Shown here: positions 13,676 to 25,437 of the stretch, one piece after another | How the letters are laid out: the number at the start of each line of letters is the position of its first letter | Numbering within the stretch: the stretch's first letter is position 1 | DNA from: Octopus sinensis | Lineage: Eukaryota | Length of the DNA: 64,000 nucleotides | Reading direction: 5' to 3' | NCBI RefSeq assembly: GCF_006345805.1 | Contig: NC_043023.1 | Coordinates: 12,400,001-12,464,000 of the forward strand | The notes under the pieces: generated by a model | Database searches by the model: none | What the model was told of the DNA's origin: nothing | Seen by the model: only the letters and a program-made list of their open reading frames with translations | Translations under genes and position numbers: made by a program

Positions 13676-15684
13676 CTTACCAGACAGACGTGTTGTTTTT
13701 TGCTCCGGCAAATGTCACGTGTTAACGTGAAATATTGAACATTTTATGGCAACAGGTAGGACATTTTGGATATTTTTGGAAGCACAGTGAGGTTTATTGC
13801 TTGCCGTTGATACTTTTTTGGCATTAATGTTAATTAGTGTTAACACTTTTTCTGCGCGTAATAAGCTTCACTGTGCTTCCGATGTATTTGTTCTGCCTGT
13901 TGGCATATTTATTGTCTCACCTTTTAGTGAGAATTGTGTATTTTGAGAGGCATAGCCCCTCCTCAAAAATTAATTTGTTCGCTTGGATTTACCACGGAGA
14001 ACCAATTGTGCTTGGATTTACCACGGAGAACCAAGTGTGCTGCAACTAGGAGTACCCTGTTTCGTGAGGATTACCAGTTGCAGAACTGTGTTGCCATTAT
14101 TTGAACTGTCTTCCTTCGTCCTTTTCTCTGTTCTGTCTTTCCATTCTGTCATTGTGTTTTTTTTTCTTATTAACTTTTTTTCAAAATCATGGCAACAAAA
14201 GAAACCACTGCTTTGGAATGGGAGGTTGTCCCACCCAAGCAGTGGATTGAAAGTCTTGAGAAGAGGACGGTGGTCCTACGAACCTATTCTAGGTCGCGTG
14301 GAGCTATCGCCCTCTTCGACAGGAGCACCATAGAGAAAGAGTTGGGCGACCACCTACCAACGATAAAGTTTATTTCTCGGGGGAATAAATTTGCAACGGT
14401 GTGGTTGCTGTTTAATACCCCTGAGGAAGCTAGCGAGCCACTGGGGGGAGAGGAAATTTTGTTCCTCCCCTCGTATTGTGGCAGAAAAGTAAAAAGAGCC
14501 TGGGTTTGTGGGCTGCCCCCGGGCACGGAGGCGGAATGGATCAAGAAGACTATCCGGCGAGGCCTGGGGGATGGTGGACCCAGGCTACTACGTGTGAAAA
14601 TGGCTCCCGCGGTCGCCTGGGAGGGGTCAAAGGCAACTTTGACCCTGTGGACACCGGTGGCCGTGGGAGAAATGAAATTCACGGACTTCCTGAGAATGGC
14701 TGGGCACAGGTACCCGGTGATACTCGAGGGTCGCCCCCCCCAAGTGTCACCTGTGCCTGAAGCCCGGACATATCAGGAGGAATTGTCTTGGGGGCCTTGG
14801 TGGTGCCCCGGAGCAGAAAGGGGAAAAGGCGCCCGCCGCCCCCTCATTGGAGGGGGAGACGGTGGAAGTCGTGGAGGAGGTTGCCTCCACGAAAAGAAAG
14901 AGACAGGCGAGCAACAATGGTTGCCCGCCAAAGAACGCTCAGGTGGCGGAGGGGGATAGCGATCCCCCGTGTCTGGTGACGGAGTCCCCTGGGTCAGCAG
15001 TCTCCCCGAAAAGAAGGAGGAGAAAAAGGAAAGGTCGGACGACTGACGTTTCTGTGTCGCCGACGGATTCGCGGGTGGGATGTGTGCCACCCGCGGGCAA
15101 GGCTCCGCCAGTGGGAAGTGTGCCACTGACGGAGCAGTGTGAGGCCCCTTCCTGTGAAGAGGAGATGCTTCTCCTTTACCACAAGGGAGAGGAGGTGGAA
15201 AGGTTTCTGAATGGCTTGGGTGACCGAGAACGCAAGGGCACGGTCGGCTCAAGGAGTCCGTTATGGCCTCCGCAGGTAGCTGTGGAAAAAGTAACGGAAG
15301 ATATTTTGTCAAGGGTCGCAGAGACCTTTGAGAGGAAACAGTTTACTTTTCTCTTTGCAGGCCCCGACTTGTCGTTGCAGAGTTGTCTGCAGGCGGCAAG
15401 ACAATTTGCTTCGGGGACCTAACGGGGAGAATTGTTGAACATTCTTGTAACATGTTGAAGAGGAGGTTTATTGCCTCCTCTAAAATATGTAATTTGAATC
15501 ATTGTGAACATTTTGTGCATTAAATGTAATTATTGAACATTGTTTTAGAGAAGCGAAAGTCGGCGGGTGCTTTTGACTTCTCCCATCACCATCTTCATCC
15601 ACCGCCACCATCATCCATTAATGTCCTTGTCCAACACGTAGCTACTACTCTGTGTGCTGCCCTACTGGCAAATTATATAAAATA
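13676..15684 (+). mobile_element. Non-autonomous Tx1/L1-like non-LTR retroelement (ORF1 only)
   Basis: TSD AAGTAGCTT (13667-75 / 15685-93), a GC-rich ORF1 with a CCHC knuckle, an A-rich 3' end and no RT ORF. Confidence 0.8.
14189..15422 (+). pseudogene. Gag-like ORF1 (~410 aa) with CCHC zinc knuckle, one frameshift
   Basis: Removing one C from the C8 run at 14734-14741 joins ORF 14189 to ORF 14847..15422 through GRPPK-CHLCLKPGHIRRNC (CX2CX4HX4C, 14745-14786). Confidence 0.8.
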
Positions 15685-16248
15685 AAGTAGCTTGTTTACC
15701 AACCACATGGTTCCAGGTTCAGTCCCACTGCATGGCACCTTGGGCAAGTGTCTTCTACTATAGCCTCGGGCCGACCAATGCCTTGTGAGTGGATTTGGTA
15801 GACGGAAACTGAAAGAAGCCTCTCGTATATATGTATATATATATATGTTTGTGTGTCTGTGTTTGTCCCCCTAGCATTGCTTGACAACTGATGCTGGTAT
15901 GTTTATGTCCCCCTTACTTAGCTGTTCGGCAAAAGAGACAGATAGAATAAGTAGTGGGCTTACAAAACAATAAGTCCCAGGGTCGAGTTGCCCGATTAAA
16001 GGCGGTGCTCCAGCATGGCCGCAGTCAAATGACTGAAACAAGTAAGAGTAATAGACTTGTCCAAATGCACCAATAAATTAACATTGATAATTTTTTTCAC
16101 TGTTACAATAATCTGAAATGGAAGTGTGAAAGAGCAATATTGGAGCGGGGACAGTTTTAATTTAATTTATATATATATATATATATATATATTACGGAGA
16201 TGTACTTGCATAGCATGTGATCTGATCTGAGATTGTGTGTTGGAACGA

Positions 16249-16483
16249 AAACAATTGCAGTGTGGAAGGTGTTTATAAGCCATTTAAGAAACACACAAAA
16301 ACCATTAGATTCACGACTAACTGTCATTTATTCAGATGCAGTACAGAATTTTGTCAGTGAACAGGTCACGGTCGGAAAGCGACGGAAATATTTTGACAAA
16401 TTAGATTTAAATATTGAAGTGGAACTAACGGTTTTTGTGTGTTTCTTAAATGGCTTATAAGCACCTTCCACGCTGCAATTGTT
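16249..16483. repeat. ~65-bp inverted repeat (possible Penelope-like terminal structure)
   Basis: AACAATTGCAGTGTGGAAGGTGTTTATAAGCC... pairs with ...GGCTTATAAGCACCTTCCACGCTGCAATTGTT around a ~100-nt spacer. Confidence 0.7.
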
Positions 16484-16492
16484 GTGTGTGTG

Positions 16493-16557
<65 letters not shown>

Positions 16558-16605
16558 ACATACGTAAATATGTGATATATATATATATGTCTGTACGTAT
16601 ATATG

Positions 16606-16658
<53 letters not shown>

Positions 16659-16840
16659 GTATTCATAAATATATATGTGTGTGTGTATATATATATACGT
16701 AGTGCACCTGAGCACTGTACACAATGTTTATTATTATTATTATTATACATACACACGGATGCGTATACACATATCATTGTACATGTATATATATATGACA
16801 TACACACATGTATGTATACATATACACGAACATATATGTA
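16484..16840. repeat. (TA)n/(TG)n microsatellite region
   Basis: Seen directly. It produces the YIYIYI artefact ORFs. Confidence 0.95.
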
Positions 16841-17140
16841 AGTCAGATACACCCGCTTAATTTTACAATAGCTAGAACTTTATTCCTTCCTCCATAATTT
16901 TGGTGAAAATTTGAAAAAAAAACGCAGAAAGAAAATCATTGAATCGAATCCCGCCAGTAATTAGTGCCATCTCGGGGAGAAGCGGGGAAATAGAGTCGTG
17001 TAAAGGGGAATAACTTTAACAGCAGGGGAAAATTTAAATAGTGCTGGTGATTTAACATCGGGCACTGACCCGTAAGAATACGGTAAGTTGACAACGATCT
17101 GTTTTAAAGCTGTAATGATAAAAAGATAGATAAATAATAA

Positions 17141-17491
17141 GGTAGTTTCCTATTTGATGCCCGTAAAATCATAGCGATCCAACAAGTTTATTTTAATAAA
17201 ACATTTCATTAATTATAAGTGGAACACACTACGAACAATGAATGAAAGGTGAGGGAAAATGTTTGAGTTATTTTGAATAGAGTTTCGCCCTGGACATATT
17301 TGAGAATTGTTCAACAATCCACGGCGATGACACAAAGCAATACAAGTAGCTGGATCTGAGAAAGATCGAACCAGTATCGTAATTGTAAGGCTTTAATTGA
17401 TTAAAACGGGAAACAAGACATGCTAATCGAGTTGAAATGAAATTTAGACTAAAACAAATTTGATTTTACGGACATCAAATAGGAAATGACC
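17141..17491. mobile_element. Merlin-like MITE
   Basis: TIRs GGTAGTTTCCTATTTGATGCCCGTAAAATCA / TGATTTTACGGACATCAAATAGGAAATGACC with an 8-bp TSD AATAATAA. Confidence 0.8.
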
Positions 17492-17557
17492 AATAATAAT
17501 GTTGAATGGCAAAATATATTTCCTCTTCTTTGATAATTACTTTCAAATTGAAAAGTT

Positions 17558-18120
17558 GGAATCTTTTCGGTTTGAACGGCAGATTTTTAAAATAGTTTCC
17601 ACTAAACTAAACACTTTTTAAACTTCGTATACTGGTAGAATGTGTTTATAAGACATCTTTTTCTCTTGGCTTTATTGAGAAAATTCAATAGTTTGTAAGA
17701 TATTTGGGTCTTTTCGGTTTGAACGGCAGTTTTTTAAAATAGTTTCCACGTAACTTAACACTTTTAAACTTCGGATACTGGTAGAATATGTTTATAAAAC
17801 ATCTTTTTCTCTTGGCTTTAATTGAGAAAATTCTGTAGTTTGTAAGATATTTGTTGTTGGTTTTTTTTCAATTTCTGCAATTTCAACCAATAAATGACGT
17901 CTATTGAGGTAAAAAAACATTCTGTGCCGTATCAATATGTCCCTCGTTTAAGATACAGATAGGGTTTATTTACATTTGTGAAGAAAAAAAGATACCCTTC
18001 CCACCAGCCGTAACCCTGAAACAGATTGAAATGTAATAGATCGATACTAGGGTCATAATAATGGGTGATAATTTCATATGACACCGCTAGAAAAAACTGC
18101 CGGTCAAACAGAAAAGATCC
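17558..18120 (+). mobile_element. GGATCTTTTCGG-family TIR MITE with duplicated left arm
   Basis: Family TIR consensus GGATCTTTTCGGTTTGAACGGCAGTTTTT / AAAAACTGCCGTTCAAACCGAAAAGATCC. Confidence 0.85.
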
Positions 18121-18547
18121 GGAAGGACAATGAGTGGGGAAGAGAGGAAATGACGTTCAGAAAGGACCGGAACTACGACGGCATGACGTCACGTCAGGTA
18201 GCCACATGTTGAGGACGTCTTCTGTATTACGGTATCTTTGACGGGGTCAAAATATTGCGTTGGAAACGGTCGTAGAGAATATAAGAATATATGAGTAGAC
18301 TTTATTAAAATAATCTGGTGAGAATTTGAAAGAACTTGAAGGTGAAATTGTTGATAAAATGGGACAAAAAAAAAAAAAAACGGAACGAATTCAACCTGCC
18401 AGTAGAGCCATCTACTGGAGAATAGAAGTACAACCATACCAAGGGAAGTAACTTCTAAAACACTCCAAACCACGTGGTCCCTGTAAATTATTAATTAAGG
18501 TGCTTAATTACCAATCACTGGCTTGTTTATATCCGAATACGGTAAGT
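18121..18547 (+). promoter_or_regulatory. Putative promoter and first exon of ZNF-4
   Basis: Locally CpG-richer stretch with TGACGTCA (CRE-like) and CCGGAA (ETS-like), CTCF-like TAGAGCCATCTACTGG at 18403-18418, donor at 18542 and acceptor at 21136. A more degenerate module lies at 16960-17088. Confidence 0.6.
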
Positions 18548-18964
18548 TTATAAAGATTTAATTAAAGACTGTATTAATACTATTAATTAATAATTTAAAT
18601 AATAAAATTATGCGAGCCTCTCCAAACGAAAACATTTTATTTTTTAGTATAAAATATTTCAAACTGGATGAATCTTCCTAATTTTTTGCATACTTCATTT
18701 ATTTTGTATATATTTTCCATCTTAATAACTTCTTAAAAAATTAGGTGTCATTTTCGTGCAGAGGTGTGCTTCTAGGTACTACTAGCGAACAGTGGTCCCA
18801 GTGTGCGCACTTTTTAACCCTAAACATAACCCTAACCCGGTACTATTTAAGAAGAGTGGTCCCTGTGCCCGCTCTTACTCGCTAGCTAGTAGTGGCTAGT
18901 GCATTCTAAATGTCTACTTAGCGCGAGTGCCACATAGGTTTTTTTTTAACAAAATAAATAATTC

Positions 18965-19802
18965 GGATCTTTTCGGTTTGAACGGCAGTTTTTAAAATAG
19001 TTTCCACGTAACTAAACACTTTTAAACTTCGTATACTGGTAGAATGTGTTTATAAAACATCTTTTTCTCTTGGCTTTAATGAGAAAATTCTATGGTCTGT
19101 AAGATATTTGGGATCCTTTCGATTTGAACGACAGCTTTTTAAAATAATTTCCACGTAACTGAACACTTTTAAACTTCGTATACTGGTAGAATGTGTTTAT
19201 AAAACATCTTTTTCTCTTGTCTTTAATTGAGAAAATTCTATGGTTTGTAAGATATTTGGGATCCTTTCGGTTTGAACGATAATCGTAACGCCCTATATTA
19301 ACCAACATCGGTTAGAATGTGTTTATAAAACATCTTTTTCTCTTGTCTTTAATTGAGAAAATTCTATGGTTTGTAAGATATTTGGGATCTTTTCGGTTTG
19401 AACGACTGTTTTTTTAAATAATTTCCACGTAACTAAACACTTTTAAACTTCGTATACTGGTAGAATGTGTTTATAAAACATCTTTTTCTCTTGTCTTTAA
19501 TTGAGAAAATTCTATGGTTTGTAAGATATTTGTTGTTTTTTTTTCTTCAATTTCTGCAATGTCAACCGATCAATTACGTCTATTGATGTAAAAAAAACAA
19601 ACATTCCGTGCCGTATGAATATGTTCCTCGTTTAAGAAACATTGGGTTTATTTACATTTCTGAAGAAAAAAAGGATACCCTTCCCACACCCCTAACCCTA
19701 AAACAGATTGAAATGCAATAGATCGATACTAGGGTCATAATTATGGGTGACAATTTCATATGACACTGCTAGAAAAAACTATAGTTCAAACCGAAAAGAT
19801 CC
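18965..19802 (+). mobile_element. GGATCTTTTCGG-family MITE with tandem left arms
   Basis: Same TIRs. Flanks AATAATTC / AATAAGTG could be a decayed 8-bp TSD. Confidence 0.85.
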
Positions 19803-21538
19803 AATAAGTGTCTTCTACTATAGCCCTGAGCTAACTAAACCCTTTTATTTCACATCCACGTAGGGGACGAATCTAAACACAAAAATGCTCTGAAAGCAAC
19901 GGGGTTGGGAGAGGCTTTCGGAAAATTCACAAGATCCGAAGTTTTTCCCTCGTAATTTTTAGGAAGATGAGTTTTTTTTGTGAATGATATTTTATATACA
20001 TACGTTTCGAACGGTATAGGTCACGATTATAAAGAAATTTGTGGGAGAAATCTTTTGCGATGGGGTCAGGAGGGGACTTCGGAAAATCCGATGTTTTTCC
20101 CTCGTAACTTTGAGGAAAATATAATCCTTTTGAAATAACAAATTCAATTTTTCCTCACGAACTTCTATGCTAAACATCCTTTTGTGAAGGTTCATTCGTT
20201 GGTCCCCCTTTCGTTATAGCACATGCTGTCAACTATAAACACATGAAATATTATCACTAATAATGCTCTCTCGATGCACATACATATTTCTTCTCTGTAT
20301 TTGTGTGGAATGTAGATAACAAAATCAATGTGGCAGTTTAAACTTGAGAAAAGCCTTGCATATTTATAATGTCCAAGTTATATAGATGTATGTATGCATT
20401 TCTGTGCATGTGTGTCTATGCGGCTAGGGTTCCTTCTTACCTGCTTCATTTGTGTATGTAAATTTCTAAGAAGAAAACGAGATCGATGTCAAATAAGCCG
20501 TATTACTGATGATATTTCATTAATTTAGTGCTGACAACACGTGCTCTCGTGCTCACTGAAACTAACAAAAGAATCTTGACGAGTCTGAGACTGAAAAACG
20601 ATTAAATGCCGCTTAACAAAACTATAGAAGAACGAGATGCTGTTGAGCATTTTGTCCGATAAGCAAAGGTTTCTTCCTCTAAATAATACACGGTTGATCA
20701 GAATCCATGTCTCCCTTGTTCGTTAAATTTATTTAATATATTATTATTCATTAATACACTTATTAAGAAATAAAATAGTAAATTTAAACAATAAACGAAG
20801 CATGCTAGGAAAGATGACTAATAATTGAGTCATGAATTCTTTCCCTCTCTGTAGTATTATATGAACCCTTCGAAGTTACAGTCATCACATAGAAGGGAAA
20901 ACATAGAAACATTGAGAAAATATGATTCCTCGTCTTAAATATATCAAACATTGATTTTTTTTAACGGTATGAGGAAAGGAATTTAGGGTGTAACACATTT
21001 ATGTTGTTATGCCATTCTTTCAATGAATTCTGACCCCTAAAAACATTTAATAGATGACAATGTTAAATTTTGCATCATTGAATTAGTGTATCATTTAACT
21101 ATTCTCTTTATCTTGATGTTTCTTTTCCTATTTCAGAATATCACCTTATGTTGACTCACAAACTTCTTCATTCAGATGTGCCTTTCATATTTTGACGTCG
21201 TTTCATCAACTAAAGCAAGATGACATAATTTATCAGCAGCATTCATCAATAAATCAAAATTTATATGAATACAATCTAAGAATACAATATTTTTTCTTGT
21301 CTTCACAGTTTGGAATGTAGACGAAGTGATTGCCTTACATGTTAATTAAGGTTGGATTACTTCACAAACGAATTGACAATTTCCACCTGCTCATTTAGAT
21401 ATTAATTAAGATCACAGAAGAAAGAAGCACAGCTTCAAATTCTTTTCTGGAAATAGTTGCAGAACTGAAATCAAAGATGTTTATAGAGATGAAGGAAACA
21501 TTATTATTGTGATATGTATAATAAATTATTCTGTCATA

Positions 21539-22504
21539 ATGAATAATTCAATTAAACCAAAAGACCCAGATACAAGAGAGAAACAATATTTCTGTGATAT
21601 CTGTGGTAAATCATTCGCTTATAATAGTCAGTTGACTAGTCACAGACATATCCATACTGGAGAAAAGCCATATCATTGTGAAATCTGTGGTAAATCATTC
21701 TCTCAAAGTTCGAAGGTGACTAGACACAAACGTACACATACAGGAGAAAGGCCTTATCATTGTGATATCTGTGATAAATCATTTTCTGACAGCAGTACCT
21801 TGACTAAACACAAATATACACACATGGAAGAAAAGCCATTTCAATGTGATATCTGTGGTAAATCATTCTCTCAAATGAGTAAATTGACTCATCACAAATA
21901 TACACATACAGGAGAAAAACCATATCATTGTGATATCTGTGGTAAATCATTCTCTCAAAGGTTTGACTTGGGTCAACACAAATATACACATACAGGAGAA
22001 AAGCCATATCATTGTGATATCTGTGGTAAATCATTCTCTCAAAGGATTCACTTGAGCCAACACAAATATACACATACAGGAGAAAAGCCTTATCATTGTA
22101 ATATCTGTGGTAAATCATTCTCTCGAAGGAGCACCTTGGCTGAACACAAATATACACATATGGGAGAAAAGCCATTTCAATGTGATATCTGTGGTAAATC
22201 ATTCTCTCAAAGAGGTACCTTGACTAAACACAAACGCACACATACGGGAGAAAAGCCATATCATTGTGATATCTGTGGTAAATCATTCTCTCAAAGAGGT
22301 ACCTTGACTAAACACAAACGCACACATACGGGAGAAAAGCCTTATCATTGTAATATCTGTGATAAATCATTTTCGCGTAGGAGTATTTTGACTACACACA
22401 AACGTACACATACAGGAAAAAAGCTATATAATTGTGATATCTGTGGTAAATCATTCTCTCAAAGGAGTAGCTTGACTCGGCATGAATATACACATACAGG
22501 ATAA
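21539..22504 (+). CDS. C2H2 zinc-finger protein ZNF-4, 11 fingers
   Basis: Intact ORF from ATG 21539. It ends at a GGA-TAA stop within a linker, with decayed fingers downstream and AATAAA near 23114/23127. Confidence 0.95.
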   Translation: MNNSIKPKDPDTREKQYFCDICGKSFAYNSQLTSHRHIHTGEKPYHCEICGKSFSQSSKVTRHKRTHTGERPYHCDICDKSFSDSSTLTKHKYTHMEEKPFQCDICGKSFSQMSKLTHHKYTHTGEKPYHCDICGKSFSQRFDLGQHKYTHTGEKPYHCDICGKSFSQRIHLSQHKYTHTGEKPYHCNICGKSFSRRSTLAEHKYTHMGEKPFQCDICGKSFSQRGTLTKHKRTHTGEKPYHCDICGKSFSQRGTLTKHKRTHTGEKPYHCNICDKSFSRRSILTTHKRTHTGKKLYNCDICGKSFSQRSSLTRHEYTHTG

Positions 22505-23669
22505 AAGCCATACCATTGTGATATCTGTGATGAATCATTTTCTCAAAATTTTCATTTAACGAATTTCAGATACATTCATACGAGGGAAAAACCATATCGC
22601 TGTGATATCTGTGATAAATCATTCTCTGCAAATTGTGATTTAACTAGTAACAAACATATTCATGCTGCAGAGAAGCCGTTATCATTGTGACACCTGAGGT
22701 AAATCATTCTCTTGCAAATGTACATTTTCATACCACACAAAATCTACATCATGGTCAAATCTATTGTAAATCCTTCTCTCATAGACTTAACTGTAAATGA
22801 ATACATTCCTACAGGAGAGACGCCATGTCAGAGTGACATCTGTGCTAAACCATTCTCTTGAAAAAAGCTACATCCATCCACCTGGGTATTCACAACAATT
22901 GTAACTGTACCAATGCCAGGATTTATTAAAACATTACGACAATGAAGTCTGTTTTGTCAGCTGTCATTCAGGGTTTTTCCCATCATCAATTTGAATACCG
23001 TCAGTGTGAACGTCAAACCTGTCATAATCTGTAAAAATATTGACTCTGAGTTAACTTGATTGCTAAAAATGCCTGTGTTTGGATTTTGAGGAATTTGCTA
23101 GAAAAGAATAATGAATAAAAAATCAGAATAAAAGTTAGACCATTTTGTTTGTTTTGTTACTCAATATCTGGACACTGTCTCCTCCATACCTTAAATCTCT
23201 CAACTGGCACAATGGCACACCCGTTCAATACTAGCTGGCCACCTCCCTGTTGTGGGATTTTTTTGTCACCTGGGGATTTGGTGACCCTTTTGATGCTGAT
23301 GTTACATGTCCTTACACACTGTTAATGTACAGGTATGGAATCCCCAACTCTATGGGGGTGGTCTTGTTATTCAAATGCCTTGTTTCTGTTTGCTCCTGAA
23401 ATTTATGTGTAATCTTTTATTCTTTGATGTGTTTCAATCATTTGACTGAGGCCATGCTGGAGCACCTTCTTCAAGGGTGTTAGTGGAAGAAATCGACCTC
23501 AAGACTTAGTCTTTGTAAGTCTAGTACTGATTTTATTGGTGACTTTTACTAATCCGTAGTTACAGTGAGATAATCACACCAGTGCCAATGGTTAAGCCCG
23601 TGGCAGGTGAAAAAAAAAGACACAGACACATACCCAAATACATATAGATATACATTCTGGTGTCTTCTA

Positions 23670-24163
23670 CCTGAGTCGTAGCCAGCCCACTTATGCATAC
23701 CTTTCCTTCTTGTGACGACCTGTTGAGGCAAGTGAAAATCAAAATCGAAATCGATCAACATCAATGGAAATTGTAGCTGTGATACCAGTGCCAATGGCAC
23801 GTAAGAGAACCATCCGAACGTGGCCGTTGCCAGCGACGCCTCGACTGGCCTCCGTGCCGGTGGCACGTAAAATGCACCATCCGATTGTGGCCATTGCCAG
23901 CCTCGTCTAGCCCCCGTGCCGGTGGTATGTAAAAGGCAGCATCTGACAAAGGCCGGTTGCTAGCCTCGTCTGGTACCTGTGCAGGTGGCATGTAAAAGGC
24001 ACCCACTACACTCACGGAGTGGTTGGCATTAGGAAGGGCATCCAGCCGTAGAAACGCTGCCAGATCAGACTGGGCCCAGCACAGCCTTCTGGTTTCCAAG
24101 ACCCCAGTTGAACTGTCCAACCCATGCTAGCATGGAAAGCGGATGCAAAACAATGATGATGAT
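23670..24163 (+). mobile_element. SINE family C (Meta-domain-like, (ATG)n tail)
   Basis: GGTTGGCATTAGGAAGGGCATCCAGC core, ~60-bp internal repeats and an (ATG)n tail. Other copies lie at 25005-25410, 26868-27186, 35710-36040, 47823-48250 and 48733-49460. Confidence 0.75.
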
Positions 24164-24194
24164 TTATATATATATATATATGTAGTAGCCTAAG

Positions 24195-24415
24195 GTTGAG
24201 TTGAGCTGGCAAAAACGTCAGCACACCGGGGAAATGTATTTCATCTGGTGTTACGTTCTGAGTTCAAATTCCACCGAGGTCGACTTTGCCTTACATCCTA
24301 TTGGAGTCGATAAATAAAGTACCAGTTACTCACTGGGGTTGGTGTAGTCGACTTAATCCATGTCCCTGTTTGTGCTCTCTGTGTTTACCTCTTTGTGGGC
24401 GATAAAGAAATAAGA
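24195..24415 (+). mobile_element. SINE family B (Nin/Deu-domain-like)
   Basis: Family core GAGTTCAAATTCC...GGTCGACTTTGCCTTTCATCCTTTCGGGGTCGATAAA. Other copies lie at 24588-24795(-), 52440-53840(-) and 60765-61315(+). Confidence 0.75.
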
Positions 24416-24571
24416 AATTGACCCCAAGACAGGGACATAAACACACCAATACCAGTTGTTAAGCGATGGCTGAGGGAAAAACAGATACACACATTTATAC
24501 ACATACCCACGTATATACATGCATACAACACACATATATAGTAGCCTAAGTACCCGGAATTTCAAGGAATG

Positions 24572-25437
24572 TTAACCCTTTTGATACCTATTTCTTTACT
24601 AAACACAGAGGGGACAAACAAGGACAGACACACGAATTAAGTCGATTATATCGACACCAGTGCGTAACTGGTACTTATTTAATCGACCCCGAAAGGATGA
24701 AAGGCAAAGTCGACCTCGGCGGAATTTGAACTCAGAACGTAACGGCTACGCATTTTACCCGGCGTGCTAACATTTCTGCCAGCTCACCGCCTTTTGACAC
24801 CAACCCAGCTGGCAGGCACCCCCTCAGACTCTGTAGTACAAATAAATGTCTTGTTTTTATGAGTTCTGATTTAAAATTTTTCATCAAACTTTAGTCACAA
24901 CTTATGTTCCAACACCAGGTTAATGATAACCACCAAGTTATTTTATGAAGCTGTTTGTTATATTTAAAATTAATTGAAAGAAACACAGAGCCTCTCAACA
25001 GAATTCATCATCGTTTAACGTCTGCTTTCCATGCTAGCATGGGTTGGACGAATGACTGAGGGCTGGCGAACCAAATGGCTGCACCAGGCTTCAGTCTTGA
25101 TCTGGCAGAGTTTCTACAGCTGGATGCCCTTCCTAATGCCAACCACTCTGAGAATGTAGTGGGTGCTTTTTACATTATATATCATCATCATCATCATTTA
25201 ACGTTTGCTTTCCATGCTAGCATGGGTTGGCTGATTTGACTGAGGACTGGCGAACCAACTGGCTGCACCAGGCTTCAGTCTTGATCTGGCAGAGTTTCTA
25301 CAGCTGGATGCCCTTCCTAACGCCAACCACTCCGAGAGTGTAGTGGGTGCTTTTACATGCAACTGGCACGGGGCCAGTCAGGCGGTACTGGCAACGATCT
25401 CGCTTGAATCTTCTAATTATGGTAACAAAATTGTTAA
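24572..25437 (+). mobile_element. piggyBac-like TTAA MITE monomer broken by nested SINEs
   Basis: Starts TTAACCCTTTTGATACC, body homologous to 61913-62131, ends ATGGTAACAAAATTGTTAA. Confidence 0.6.

Larger units (their letters stand above)
13645..16050 (+). mobile_element. SINE family A split by a 2-kb retroelement
   Basis: The head (13645 to ~13682) and the remainder (15685-16050) join into a full SINE, with AAGTAGCTT duplicated. Confidence 0.9.

Noticed and set aside
14189-15422. LTR retrotransposon gag or viral gene
   Set aside because: No LTRs, PBS or protease motif. The A-rich tail and TSD fit a non-LTR element.
16328-16860. YIYIYI-type ORFs
   Set aside because: (TA)n microsatellite translations.
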